Source: Octopus bimaculoides
Taxonomy: Eukaryota
Reading direction: 5' to 3'
Length of the DNA stretch: 54,842 bases
Assembly: GCF_001194135.2 (NCBI RefSeq)
Contig: NC_068982.1
Coordinates: forward strand, 70,654,523-70,709,364
In this document: positions 1-10,925 of the stretch, piece by piece
How the letters are laid out: every line of letters begins with the position of its first letter
How positions within the stretch are numbered: the first letter of the stretch is position 1
Made by a program: the position numbers and the translations under genes
The notes under the pieces: generated by a model
Database searches by the model: none
The model's input: the letters and a program-made list of their open reading frames with translations, nothing else
Told to the model about the DNA's origin: nothing

Positions 1-109
1 GTTTAAAAGGGTTTTGAATTTGGTCAAAAATAAAATTTAAAAACCGATACTACAATGCTTATATTTCTCGCACATTTTCTTAAAAACCTTTATCAGGATT
101 AAGATATGA

Positions 110-321
110 CAAATACGGCGACCCGGCATAATCGTTAGCACTCTGGACTAAATGTTTAGCGGTATATCGTCCGTCGCTATGTTCTGAGTTCAAATTATGC
201 CGAGGTCGACTTTGCCTTTCATCCCTTCGGGGTCGATAAATTAAGTACCAGTGAAACACTGGGGTCGATGTGATCGAATAGTCCCCTCCCCCACATTTCA
301 GGCCTTGTGCCTATAGTAGAA
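110..321 (+). mobile_element. SINE family A copy with 15-bp TSD
   Basis: Body GTCGACTTTGCCTTTCATCCCTTCGGGGTCGATAAA recurs throughout the window. Direct repeat AGGATTAAGATATGA at 95-109 and 322-336. Confidence 0.85.
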
Positions 322-1148
322 AGGATTAAGATATGAAAAGAACATTTGTATTATGAGTGTGCACAAAACATGACTGATGGTGCACCATAGTTCAAAATAA
401 TTTCATTATATAATTCCTTACCTTCTTTAGACATTTCCATAAAACAATTAACAAAGAGGTTCTAGTCCAGATAAATATCTGGAAAAATCATATACTGGAA
501 AATACGAATAATGAACAAATGCGTAAAATTAGCTCAGAAACGTTGCTAGTGAGGTAGGTGTTCCGCCCGGGCGGCACTTTTATGGGGAAAGTATTTTTGG
601 GTCTGTTGTATGAGTCTATATTGGTTTATACTCAGGCGGCACACCTCATTATAGTTGCTGTTTGATTAAAATACACTCTCCTTTTGCAAAATATGGAGTG
701 AAGGGCGTTCGCAAGCCACCATTCAGTTAAAAAGGATGCTGATTTCTAAAAGTTTCAGACCCATTGGTCTACAAAAAAAATTAAATAAAAATCACTTAGC
801 CCCCAGAATGACAACCACCTCTTATAATTAGAACATCGGACAAAATGCTTGGCAGTTTTAGTCTCATTTTTTTTCTTCTTTTTTCTTCTTACGTTTTGAA
901 TTCAAATTTCACCAAGGTTAACACCGCCTTTTATCCCTCTAGAAGTTGATAAATTAGAAAACCTGTAAACCGACTAGTACCGTCTTCTAATCAGTAATAT
1001 TGTATTACTGGTGAGCATCATTTCGTCGCTGTCCAGATTTTGAGTGCAGATCTCATCTCTAGTTTTCGAAGACGGACTTCGTCGGATGCATTTTAGTTTT
1101 CACTCCATAACTTTTACTCTTTCCATTTCTTTCTTTAGTGTCAATCTA

Positions 1149-2428
1149 TTAGGTTGTTCCGAAAATAATGACCGAAACATAATTTTATTCTGGAAAAATT
1201 AACAATAGAAATATTTTGATTAGTCAAAGTATGAGCCGTTAACATCTATGCATCTCTGCTATCCATCAACGAGATTATTTATGCCTTGTTGATAAAAACT
1301 TATTGGCTTTGATGCTAAGAAATCTTTGAAAGTTGATTCTACCTCTGGTTTGGACCTGAAAGTTTTATCACTTAAAAACGTGTTTAAATGGTTTTTAAAA
1401 TGGTAGTCAGTGGGTGAAAGATCAGGAGAATATGGAGGATGTGGTAAAGTTTTGCATCCCAAGTCTGTGAGCTTCCGCAGCGTCATTCTTGCAACATGTG
1501 GCTTTGCATTATGGTGGAGCAGAATTGGGGCACGCCGATTCACCAATGCAGGTCTCGTTTTTTGCAAGTGAGCATTCATTTCAGCGAGTTGATTGCAGCA
1601 AACCTCTGCTGTAATGCTCTGATTGGCTTTCAGAAAGCTCTAGTGGACAACACTGTCTGCAAACCACCAGACAGTCACCATAATCTTTTGCTGGTGCAAC
1701 TTTGGCTTTGGGGAATGTTTGGGGGACTCATCACGATCAAGCCATTGACCTGATCGTTTATGGTTATCATAAAGGATCCACTTTTCGTCACAAGTGACTA
1801 TTCGGTCAAGAAAAGGATCATTTGGTGTTTCGCAGAAATAGCATCGAGCACACTTCAAAACACCGAACTTTTGATTTTCATTGAACTCATGGAGTACCCA
1901 TTTATCGAGCTTTTTCACCTTACCAATCTTCTGCAAATTGCGTGAAATCGTTGCAATACCGACACCAAGTGCCTGAGACATGTCTCTGCCACGTTGACGT
2001 GGGTTTTGTTCTACAATTGCTTTCAATTGTTCATTGTCAAGACTGCATAGTCGTCCGCTACCTTTTTCATCTTCAAGGCTCTCACCACCACCACTACGGA
2101 ATTTTTGAAACTACCTTCGTACTGTGCGATCACTTGTGGACCCCTCTCCCCATGCTCTGCTGATAGTGGCAGCAGTTTGGGAGGCATTGTGCCCAAGCTT
2201 GAACTCATGCAAGAAAAGTAAACGAAAGTCCTTTTTTGTCATGTTCATAATTAAGGGCGCCTATGCTTCAAGAATGTTTTCTGTCTGAAATAAGTAGAAA
2301 ATTATTAAAGAGCATACATCAATTATTAAGTATATCGAAATTCACCTAAAATATAATTAAAATATTATGATAAAATTGCGTTTCAAAACTCAACACTTAG
2401 GGCGGCCATTATTTTAGGAACAACCTAA
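1149..2428 (-). mobile_element. Full-length mariner (Tc1/mariner) DNA transposon, 1280 bp
   Basis: TIRs TTAGGTTGTTCCGAAAATAATGACCG (1149) and its near reverse complement ending 2428. TA on both sides (1147-1148, 2429-2430). Transposase inside. Confidence 0.95.
1220..2248 (-). pseudogene. Inactivated mariner transposase (~342 codons)
   Basis: MNMTKKDFRLLFLHEFKLGHNA..., IVTCDEKW, LLHHNAKPH (second catalytic D to H), HPPYSPDLSPTDY, ...CIDVNGSYFD*. In-frame TAG at 2111, 1640 and 1259, plus compensating frameshifts at about 1823 and 1865. Confidence 0.93.
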
Positions 2429-2504
2429 TAGTAATGCTAATAATATTAACTGTGAATATCTCTTGAGTTTTTGATATTTATGTTTGCTTTTTGTTTTATA
2501 TATA

Positions 2505-2719
2505 CGAAGGGGTGCTGAAAAGTTCCTTGCTTTAAGGGTGTCACGAAAGGACTGGCTGGAGGCCCAATCTTCCGAGTTCTTTTACAAAGCTTAGAAAACT
2601 GAAGGACCGCTGCAATAAGTGTGTGAATCTGAGAGGGGATTATGTTGGATAAAATCATAATTAACTGGTCCTCCTGTATTTTCTTTCACTAAAAGCCGGG
2701 AACTTTTCAGTATCCCTCA
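2505..2719 (+). mobile_element. Mariner-derived MITE (215 bp)
   Basis: TIRs CGAAGGGGTGCTGAAAAGTTCC / GGAACTTTTCAGTATCCCTCA with TA flanks. Interior encodes a mariner C-terminal remnant KLKDRCNKCVNLRGDYVG*. Confidence 0.8.
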
Positions 2720-2769
2720 TATGTATATACATGTACATAAAATGTATATATGAATGTATGTATATTTTC

Positions 2770-3135
2770 CAATGTGTCCTCTACAAATCAGGCTTTGTAA
2801 ACCAACTGAAGGCCCATGAGAATCAACGATCACAAAAAGATGGTATGGCAACACTACCGGCGCCTACAGGTCCCACTACATGTTCGATCTGCACCATGAC
2901 ATACAAAACCAGTCCTAGTCTAATACTCCGCCTAAAGGGTCATCAACAATTGTCACAAACTAATGAAATTAATTCTTTGCTGACATAAGGTCACATGTGG
3001 CACATGTGTTTAATACACTGTAAGTCATTGGCTGGTTTGAAAAGCCATATCCGTGCACATGCAAGGATGAAAGTAAATCAGAACAATCAGACTGAATGTG
3101 AGATGGCTGTCATCTGACAGGATGAAGCAATCATA
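2770..3135 (+). mobile_element. Probable LINE (RTE-like) ORF2 3' end with three degenerate C2H2-like fingers
   Basis: One frame reads ..KSGFVNQLKAH..CSICTMTYKTSPSLILRLKGH..*..WHMCLIHCKSLAGLKSHIRAH..*, then a short UTR and (CA)n. Confidence 0.55.
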
Positions 3136-3136
3136 T

Positions 3137-3185
<49 letters not shown>

Positions 3186-3235
3186 TACATACATACATAC
3201 ATACATACATAAACATACATTCATAAACACCAACT

Positions 3236-3370
3236 CAAGGAATACTGGAATATTGCCATCAAAATGTCTGTCAAATGTAAACATAACAGGCCAGATATTG
3301 TTGTTTGGGACAGAGGGGCAAAGGTATATATCCATCATAGAGGTCAGCTGCCCTGCAGATATAAATATCT
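3236..3370 (+). mobile_element. REL-endonuclease non-LTR retrotransposon (R4/Dong-like) fragment, 5' part
   Basis: YWNIAIKMSVKCKHNRPDIVVWD then, after a frameshift, IIEVSCPADINI: PD-(D/E)xK REL motif. Confidence 0.8.
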
Positions 3371-4380
3371 TGTAGTGAAACCTCTCTCTCGGGTATTTAT
3401 TTACGAATGATAACGTAGCAGCTAACATCTAGCCTTCGGCCGCTTGGACCCTGTTGTGTCCATCACCCAGATTGGCTCTTATTTGCGCGGCATTTGTCAC
3501 CAGTTCTGTTTCGCGCCAGGGTGCATACCGACCTATCGTAGCCTTCTGTTAAGGTCACGTGATAGAGTGTTTTCTGCTGTTTCCGGAGCCCCTTTTTATC
3601 TATAAATAGCCTTGCTTCATCTACGCCAGTTTGTCTCGATTTTAGACCTCTCACAGGTCTAGTCGTAGACCACACACAGAACACAGCTCCAGCCAGTTTC
3701 TAGCGACGACGTCAACACCACCGATCTACTGTCTACTACAATGTCGTTGCCAGCGCCAACACCACCACCAGAGTACACGCACCAACAGCAACCGCGGTTC
3801 CGTCTCAACACTGTTTGCGTGGATTGTTTCCACCTCGAAAATACTAGCCAGAAACAACCTGCGAGAATCTTCTGTACCAAGTAACCGGTCGCAGCATCGA
3901 CGCTCAACTTCACACACAACATGTGACACCTCAGTTCTGCTATTCAGCCATGACCTCTTGTGTACAGACATTCTACCTACTGTGTAACTCTTCTATGAAC
4001 TGGTACTTTCTTATCTTTATGTTCAGGACTCTTATAATCTGTTACAGACACTTACTCTGTGCTTTGTATTTCTCATTCACTCAGACACATTATTGTATAC
4101 ATACTCTTGTACAAGAAGGCCTGTCTTATGTATTGTTTTGTTTATATTGCCGCATGCACGCACACACAGACACACAGATGACTACCCTAATAAACTTACT
4201 CTCTCTATATATCTAACGGTTGTGTCTCATCTCTCTTTCTTTTGCTGGCACTTGCTCGCATCTCACATGCGAGGCCTCTTATGTTATATTACATGTTTTG
4301 TGGCGACCGTGCGACCCGTTAAAAGGAGCCTGTTTCTACACGTCGCTATTCTCCTTTGGTTTGCACGGTCGTTCTCTACA
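3371..4380 (+). mobile_element. Solo LTR 1 (1010 bp) with 4-bp TSD ATCT
   Basis: TGTAG...CTACA termini. ATCT at 3367-3370 and 4381-4384. CACGTG 3556, TATAAA 3601, AATAAA 4189. Removing it restores the REL reading frame (DINI-SLKI). Confidence 0.88.
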
Positions 4381-4725
4381 ATCTCTTTGAAAATCAAAGA
4401 GAAAGAGGATATTTATGGACAACTGCTTCGAAACCTCCAGCTTCTATATCCATACTATGAATTCATATTCATACCAATAATAATTAAAGCACTAGGTTTT
4501 GTTAGTAAATGCTTGAAGGAGAATCTGAATAAACTGGGATTTTCAGAAAGAGAAATTGACCGGCTAATTCGCACATTACAAGTGCAATCTGTGAGTGAAA
4601 CAGTAAAAATATGCAAGACTTTTCTCAAGTTCCAAATGTGAATTTGTCTCTGTTAACTACATCCCTAAGATGAAGCCTTGTATCTTTGTTGGAAACCGGC
4701 TCCATTAGCAGTGGAAGATTTATAA
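4381..4725 (+). mobile_element. REL-endonuclease LINE 3' part: ORF end and 3' UTR
   Basis: SLKIKEKEDIYGQLLRNLQLLYPYYEFIFIPIIIKALG...VKICKTFLKFQM* (stop ends at 4641) continues the 3236-3370 frame. Confidence 0.82.
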
Positions 4726-5847
4726 TGTAATACTTCGACCGTGCGAACCAAAGGAGATGGCGACGTAGACGGTAAAGGCTCCTTTTTACCATGTCGCACG
4801 GTCGAACACAAAACAAAGATATATATAAGATGATAGAAGGCTCGTTGTAAGAGAGATACGAGCCATTGTGCCAGTAAAAGAACTTAGGACAAACTCAACC
4901 GTTAGATATATAATGAGAATAAATTTATTTAACTGAGTGAAACTGTTTGTCTGTGCGTGCGTGCATGCGACATATAAAATTAAGACAGTAGATAAATCAG
5001 ACCTTTGTGTACAAGAGAAGGTATACATACAACAATGTGAAGTGACGGACAGTCATATAAGCAATAGTATGTATACAATATGTGAGTGTACAAGTGTGCG
5101 TGTGGATGAGAGGAAACACAGAACATAGTAAGAGTGTCTGTAACAGACTGTAAAAGGTCTTAAAACACTGAGATAGAGAAAAACTAGTTCGTATAAGAGT
5201 TAGACAAGATTTAGAATGTTCATACGCAAGAAGTTGTAGCCAAGGAGCAGAGCTGTAGTATCACACTATGTGTGTTGAGCGTCGAATGCTGTGACCTGTG
5301 TTACCTGGTATAGTATATTCTAGCTGGTTAGTTCTGACTGTTGTTCGTGAGTGGAAACTCCACTCATACAGTGAAGATAAAACCGCTCTTGTTGATGTTG
5401 GTGTTGCTGGCGACGACAAAGGTAGACAGTACATTGGTGGTGAAGACGTCAGCGCTGGAACTGGCTGTAACTGTGTTCTGTTTGTGTGGTCAACGACCAG
5501 ACTTGTGAGAGATCTGCAATCGAAGACGGTATGTGTGTGGTCAGCGACCAGACCTGTGAGAAATCTGAAATCGAAGACATGTGTGTGGTCAACGACCAGA
5601 CCTGTGAGAGATCTAGAATCGAAGACGATTGCCGTCGTTGGATCGGGCATATTTATAGGCAAAAAAGGGCTCACCGGAAACCCAGTAAAACTCTCTATCA
5701 CGTGACTTTATCTAAAGCCACGATTGGATGTAATGCCCCCTTAGCAAGCAGAACATGGAGACAATTGCCGCGCAAAAATAAGAACCAACCAAGATTAGCA
5801 GCTTCGTTATCATTTGTGATTGAATGCCCGAGAGAGGTTTCACTACA
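4726..5847 (-). mobile_element. Solo LTR 2, diverged relative of LTR 1, inverted
   Basis: TGTAA...CTACA termini, flanks ATAA/ATAT. Ends are reverse-complement homologous to LTR 1. TATA (TTTATA 5652), CACGTG 5699 and poly(A) signal (TTTATT 4924) conserved on the minus strand. Confidence 0.82.
5483..5627. repeat. Three tandem copies of a 48-51 bp unit inside LTR 2
   Basis: TGTGTGGTCAACGACCAGACCTGTGAGAGATCT..AATCGAAGAC starting at 5483, 5534 and 5582. Single copy in LTR 1 (~3630-3680). Confidence 0.9.
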
Positions 5848-5917
5848 ATATTAATTAAAAAATAGAAGAGAATGCATACATACTATTCTATTCTATTCTA
5901 TTCTATACCATACTATA

Positions 5918-6130
5918 CAGTATTATTATAGGTCTTATTTAGCCGATTTTATCAATCGGTTTTTATACACGTGTTAGGTTGCAACTTAAGACGGTGTTCA
6001 TCAGAAGGGCTCATGAAAAGTAAGGATTTACTTTTTTTATAATAGCCCTTCTGATGAACGCTGTCTTAGGTTACCTAACTCGTATGCGAAACCGATTAGT
6101 AAAATCCGCTAAAATGGATCTGTAATACTG
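5918..6130. mobile_element. Palindromic MITE (TA-flanked, CAGTA termini)
   Basis: TA|CAGTATTA...TAATACTG|TA. Arms of about 90 bp are reverse complementary, including GTTCATCAGAAGGGCT / AGCCCTTCTGATGAAC. Confidence 0.75.
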
Positions 6131-6849
6131 TATCTTTAAACAAACATAACATACCGATGTTTTTCCTGATTTATGGGTTTTTAGACGGCGATAAAAAACG
6201 TGTGTGTGTGTGTGTTGTTTTTCTTGACTAGAAATTAATCATTAAAGCTAATAATTCAATCTCTTCACTACATTTGTAATTTTAATAGAAAAAATATTAG
6301 CTCACTACATCATGTTAGTCTTACTATATATCTTTAATACAGAAGACGTCCCTGGGAATTTTTTTTTTTTTTTNNNNNNNNNNACTATATATCTTTAATA
6401 CAGAAGACGTCCCTGGGAATTTTTTTTTTTTATCATCGCCGTCCCCACTATTAGCTATATTAGTAAATTACGCGTCATGTCGCTTGTTTGTGTGAGAATG
6501 TTTGCTCCTGTTAAAAGTGCTAGTTGAGTGTCAGTAGTAGATTTGCTAATGTTAAACTGTTATTAGTAGTCTGTGCACTAAAGATAGTGCTCTTCCTAGG
6601 TTATTGCCTTAAGTTAGCTGTAATTTAACAATTTTAAACGGTTAACATACACCAAAATGTTATCTTGCTCCACATCTAAATAATTGTGACGAAGTGAATG
6701 ACCTTACTTTACACTTCTTTACCCACCAAACGATAGTTACTTGTTTGTCACAATCAGAGATAAAAATAAATAAAATAAAATAAAATAGCACGTCCAAAGA
6801 AATAATCTTCCAATCTTAATCTTTTTATTACTATTATTAATTTTAAGAA

Positions 6850-7830
6850 GGCGGTGAGCTGGGAGAATCGTTAGCGCGCCGGACAAAACTGCTTAGTGGC
6901 ATGTTCCCCGACTCTTTACGTCTTCCGCTCAAATCTCGCTGAGATCAACATAGTTTTTTATCCTTTCAGAGTCGATGCAATTGACTATCACCCGCCCACA
7001 AAATTTCAGGCTTTTGCATAAAGTGAAATGGATTATCAATACTGAGGTAGCGGTGAGCAGGTTGAATCGCTGTAGTGAGTACGCCGGTCAAAAATACTTA
7101 GCGACATTTCAGCCGTCTTGACGTTCTCAGTTCAGATTCCGCAAAGGTTGACTTCGCCTTTCATCCTCTCGGAATTGATAAAATGAGTCCCAGTTGAATA
7201 CTGAGGTCAATGTAATCGCCTTACATCTTCTCCCGAAATTCCTGGGCTTGTGCCAAAGTTTGAAACCATCATTGATTTTGTGAGGGGGCGAGCTGGAAGA
7301 ATCGTTAGCGCGTCAGACAAAAATTCTTAACGGCATTTTTTCCGACCCTTTATTTTCTGAGCTCAAATCTCGCCAAGGATGACTTTGCCTTTCATCTCTT
7401 CGGAATCGATGAAATAAGTACCAATCGAGTACTGGGGTCGATGCAATCGAATATCTTCTTCCCCCAAAATTTCAGACCTTGTGCATATAGTAGAAAGAAT
7501 TATTAACTTTGAGAAAACTGCGAACTAAGCAGCATTTCTTCCGACTCTTCATGTTCTGAGTTCAAGTCCCGCTCAAATCGACTTTGCCTATCACTCCTTT
7601 GGAAGTCGATAAAATACAGTAGCAATCAAATATTAGGATCCATATAATCGATCATAATTTTCTTCCTCGACATTGCTGGCTTTGCGCCAAAATTTGAAAT
7701 ATTAAAATCTTTTAAATATTTAAATTTTTTTAAGGCAGCGAGGTCAGCTTTGCCTCTGATCCCTTCGGGGTCGATATAATCTACTTACCCGCTCCCCCGC
7801 CTTAAAATTGCTGGGCTTGGATTATTTTTA
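6850..7830 (+). mobile_element. Head-to-tail array of about 5 degenerate SINE family A copies
   Basis: Repeated GGCGGTGAGCTGG..AATCGTTAGC heads and GACTTTGCCTTTCATC bodies, all on the plus strand, separated by ATT-rich tails. Confidence 0.75.
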
Positions 7831-8105
7831 TTATTTTATTTCGTGTTTTACACACACACACACATATATATATATATATTTATATANNNNNNNNNNNNNN
7901 NNNNNNNNNNNNNNNNNNNNNNNNNNNNNNNNNNNNNNNNNATATATATATATATATATATAACATTAATTAACGTCATAGTTGCGGTTATCTTCTCTTA
8001 GTTATGTTTGTTGCTCACTTGGTGGGAGAGCTAATTACGGACAATAATTATCTCCCTTGGCATAACAACCCGACGCTTTCGAGTTATCCTGTTTACATTT
8101 GAACT

Positions 8106-8215
8106 ATGGGCAATGTTTCCTCTTATCTTGGCCACAGATTATTTGAGTCTGGTGTCAAAAGGAAACGAGAATTTATATTAGAAGACAATGAAACGGATTT
8201 AGACATTCCAAAAAG
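8106..8215 (+). CDS. GMCL1: Germ cell-less-like protein, coding exon 1 (MGNVSSYLGHRLFESGVKRKREFILEDNETDLDIPK+AG)
   Basis: ATG at 8106, donor AG|GTAAT at 8216. Phase 2 joins exon 2 to give PKRRRLKST. MGxxSS start and KRKR resemble the recalled GMCL1 N-terminus. Confidence 0.85.
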
Positions 8216-10070
8216 GTAATACAAAACATTTGGTTAATAATTTCATTTAACTTTACCATCCATATTATTGTCATTCTTTCGAGTGTTTGGCTGTTGTTGT
8301 TGTTATTTGCTCCCCCCCTTTCTCTGTGACATCATCATATTTGNNNNNNNNNNCCCTTAACGTTTATTATACTCCAAATCTTAACGTTTATCGTACTCCA
8401 AATCCACGTATATACAACGTAGATGTATCTAAAATACACACTGTTTAACATGCGTCGACATTTGGCTGTAAAGAACGAAATGAATCACTTTTTTGTTTTT
8501 AATTATTTTCTTCAAGTGTCTATTAAAGTTCTTTTTCTTAATTATATCTAAACAAATATTTCTGCTCACAATTGTTTACATTTTGATATCGACAGTTAAT
8601 ATGATATTAATAAATCCAAATCGATTTTACCTTAGTACAACTTCTCACCTGGCTGCTAGAATTAATATTTAAATGATGGTTAATGTTTTGAGGTGTTAAA
8701 AAATAATGAAAGCAAAAGCGTTGTATATTTCCCTTTTAATCAACACCCTTTATGTCGTATCTTACTATTATAATTGATTCAAAGTCCAGTTTCTCGCGAC
8801 TTAACACTTATTATAATTAAACTAACGTTTGGACATTTCATTTTAATAACATTGCGATGGCAATACATATGTAACCCAGTGGTTGATTGAGAGATATCAC
8901 GAAGATTTCACCTTCATGTTATAAACCTTTAAGTAATCACCCTGTTGTGACCTATCCTTCTCCGAGCTATTGACCACTCCGAAAGTGCGAGAATTTAAGG
9001 AAGTGACTCTGAAAGTCGAACCTGCACCACCCAACTCGATTATTCATTTGTAGGTACAACGTCCATCCATGCTGGAATGTTTGGGTTTTGTTTATTGTTG
9101 AACGATGTTAATTCTTAACATAAACAAATGATTTGTAAACACTGAGTGATGGTAGCTTGATTTACGTACGGCCGTGGAAGAACAGCTGTTTTTAGCTTTA
9201 ATTGGTGTAGAAAGGAAGATTGTTCATTAGCAGTTTTCAGTCGAAATTTCTTTTAATCTCAAGTCAACCATCGTTGAACAGACTTATCAAAAACATAGAA
9301 ATGTAGTCCTGCCGAGGACTACATTATATAAAGTGTTCTTTTCTTTTCTAAAGATGGTAGTGTGTGGCTTGAGAAAAATTTAGCTGCTTTTTCTAGCATG
9401 TCGAATGACTACGTAGAGGCTCTCTCTTCACAGCAATAGAAACTATATTTCAAATTCTCGTTGAAAAAGTAAACAAAAGCAAACAGGTAAATAATTTATG
9501 GGTCGTAGTAAAACTTTTAGCTGTCAAAAGTACAACAGTTGATTTGAGGTGATCGGAACTTCCACGTAATTTTCATTAAACCGTTATTGCAAATATGTAA
9601 TATGTCAATCGATCGAGCTGAAACATTATAGGACTATAATTTCTCCTCAGTTGTTCTCTGATAAAAATTGCTAGCCGTTTAGAAGGGGTGTTTAGAGGTG
9701 GGGTATCACGAGCAACTTTTCGAAGCCGGAAGCACTTTGGTTCCATGCAGTATAGAAGTGGTACTTATTTGATATAATGTTTTGCACACAGTTATCTGTT
9801 GTGTGTACGTGCCATTTTACACACACACACACATACATACATACGCACACACATATTTTATCCTTTACTCGTTTTAGTCTGACTGTGGCTATGCTGGGGC
9901 ACTGCCTTGAAGGGTTTTTTTTTAGTCGAACAAATCGACCACAGAACTTCTTTTTTTTAGCCTAATACTTATTCTATCGGTCTGTTTTGCCGAACCGTTG
10001 AGTTACGGGGAGATAAACACACCAACACCGATTGTGAAGCGGCGGTGGGGTACAAACATACACACATATA

Positions 10071-10430
10071 GGCGCAGGAGTGGCCGTGTGGTAAGTAGCT
10101 TGCTTACCAACCACATGGTTCCGGGTTCAGTCCCACTGCGTGGCATCTTGGGTAAGTGTCTTCAACTATAGCTTCGGGCGGACCAAAGCCTTGTGAGTGG
10201 ATTTGGTAGACGGAAACTGAAAGAAGCCTGTCGTATGTATGTGTGTGTGTGTGTTTGTCTCTCCGATGCTGGTATGTTTACGTCTCCATAACTTAACAGT
10301 TTGGCAAAAGAGACCAATAGAATAAGTATTAGGCTTACAAAGAATAAGTCCTGGGGTCGATTGGCTCTAAAGACGGTGCTCCAGCATGGCCACAGTCAAA
10401 TGACTGAAACAGGTAAAAGAATAAAAGAAT
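10071..10430 (+). mobile_element. tRNA-derived SINE family B (CORE-like body)
   Basis: GGCGCAGGAGTGGCCGTGTGGTAAG head, GGTTCAGTCCC B-box-like motif, CTTGGGTAAGTGTC body, tail CAGTCAAATGACTGAAACAGGTAAAAG. Confidence 0.8.
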
Positions 10431-10925
10431 ACAATTGGCTTCTTTCAGTTTCCATCTACCAAATCCACTCACAAGCATTTGGTTGACCTGAGGCCATAGT
10501 AGAAAAGGTGCCATGCAGTGGGACTGAAAACGGAACCAGGTGATTGGGAAGCAAGCTTCTTACCACACAGCCATAAAACATGTACCATATGTAGGCTAGC
10601 ATTGGTTTTTACTGAATATATTTATTATTAGCAGAAAGAAATATTTGGTAAACACAGATCATGCAAATGTCATAATATAGCATCAGACTAATGGATTGAG
10701 TTATATGAGCTATTAAAAAAAATTTTTTTTTATAAATATAAACTATATATAAGAGGAATCAGTTCTAAAGTGCAAGAGAGGAGACTGTACTGGTGTATAC
10801 GAAAGATGATAGTTAAGTGAGAAAATGCCAAGTGGATGCAATATATGGAAGAGAGAGACAAAAAACAATATAGGTTGAAGGAAGGATTTGAGCTCAGAAC
10901 GTACAGAGCCAAAAGAAATGCTCAG

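Noticed and set aside
4093-4641. 182-aa ORF as a novel gene
   Set aside because: Chance fusion of LTR sequence with the REL-LINE C-terminus.
4663-4725. Hammerhead-like motif (CTAAGATGA...GGAAAC) in the LINE 3' UTR
   Set aside because: The CTGANGA core is broken and I could not build stem III or a cleavage triplet. It would need a covariance-model test on the consensus.
6323-6430. Short duplication around a poly-T tract
   Set aside because: Flanks the 10-N gap at 6374-6383; artefact.
8356-8403. 24-bp tandem duplication
   Set aside because: Two copies only, directly beside a gap; ordinary slippage or artefact.
8937-9053. Protein-like 38-codon stretch (..ELLTTPKVREFKEVTLKVEPAPPNS..) in intron 1
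   Set aside because: No ATG, no convincing splice-site pair and no recognisable homology.
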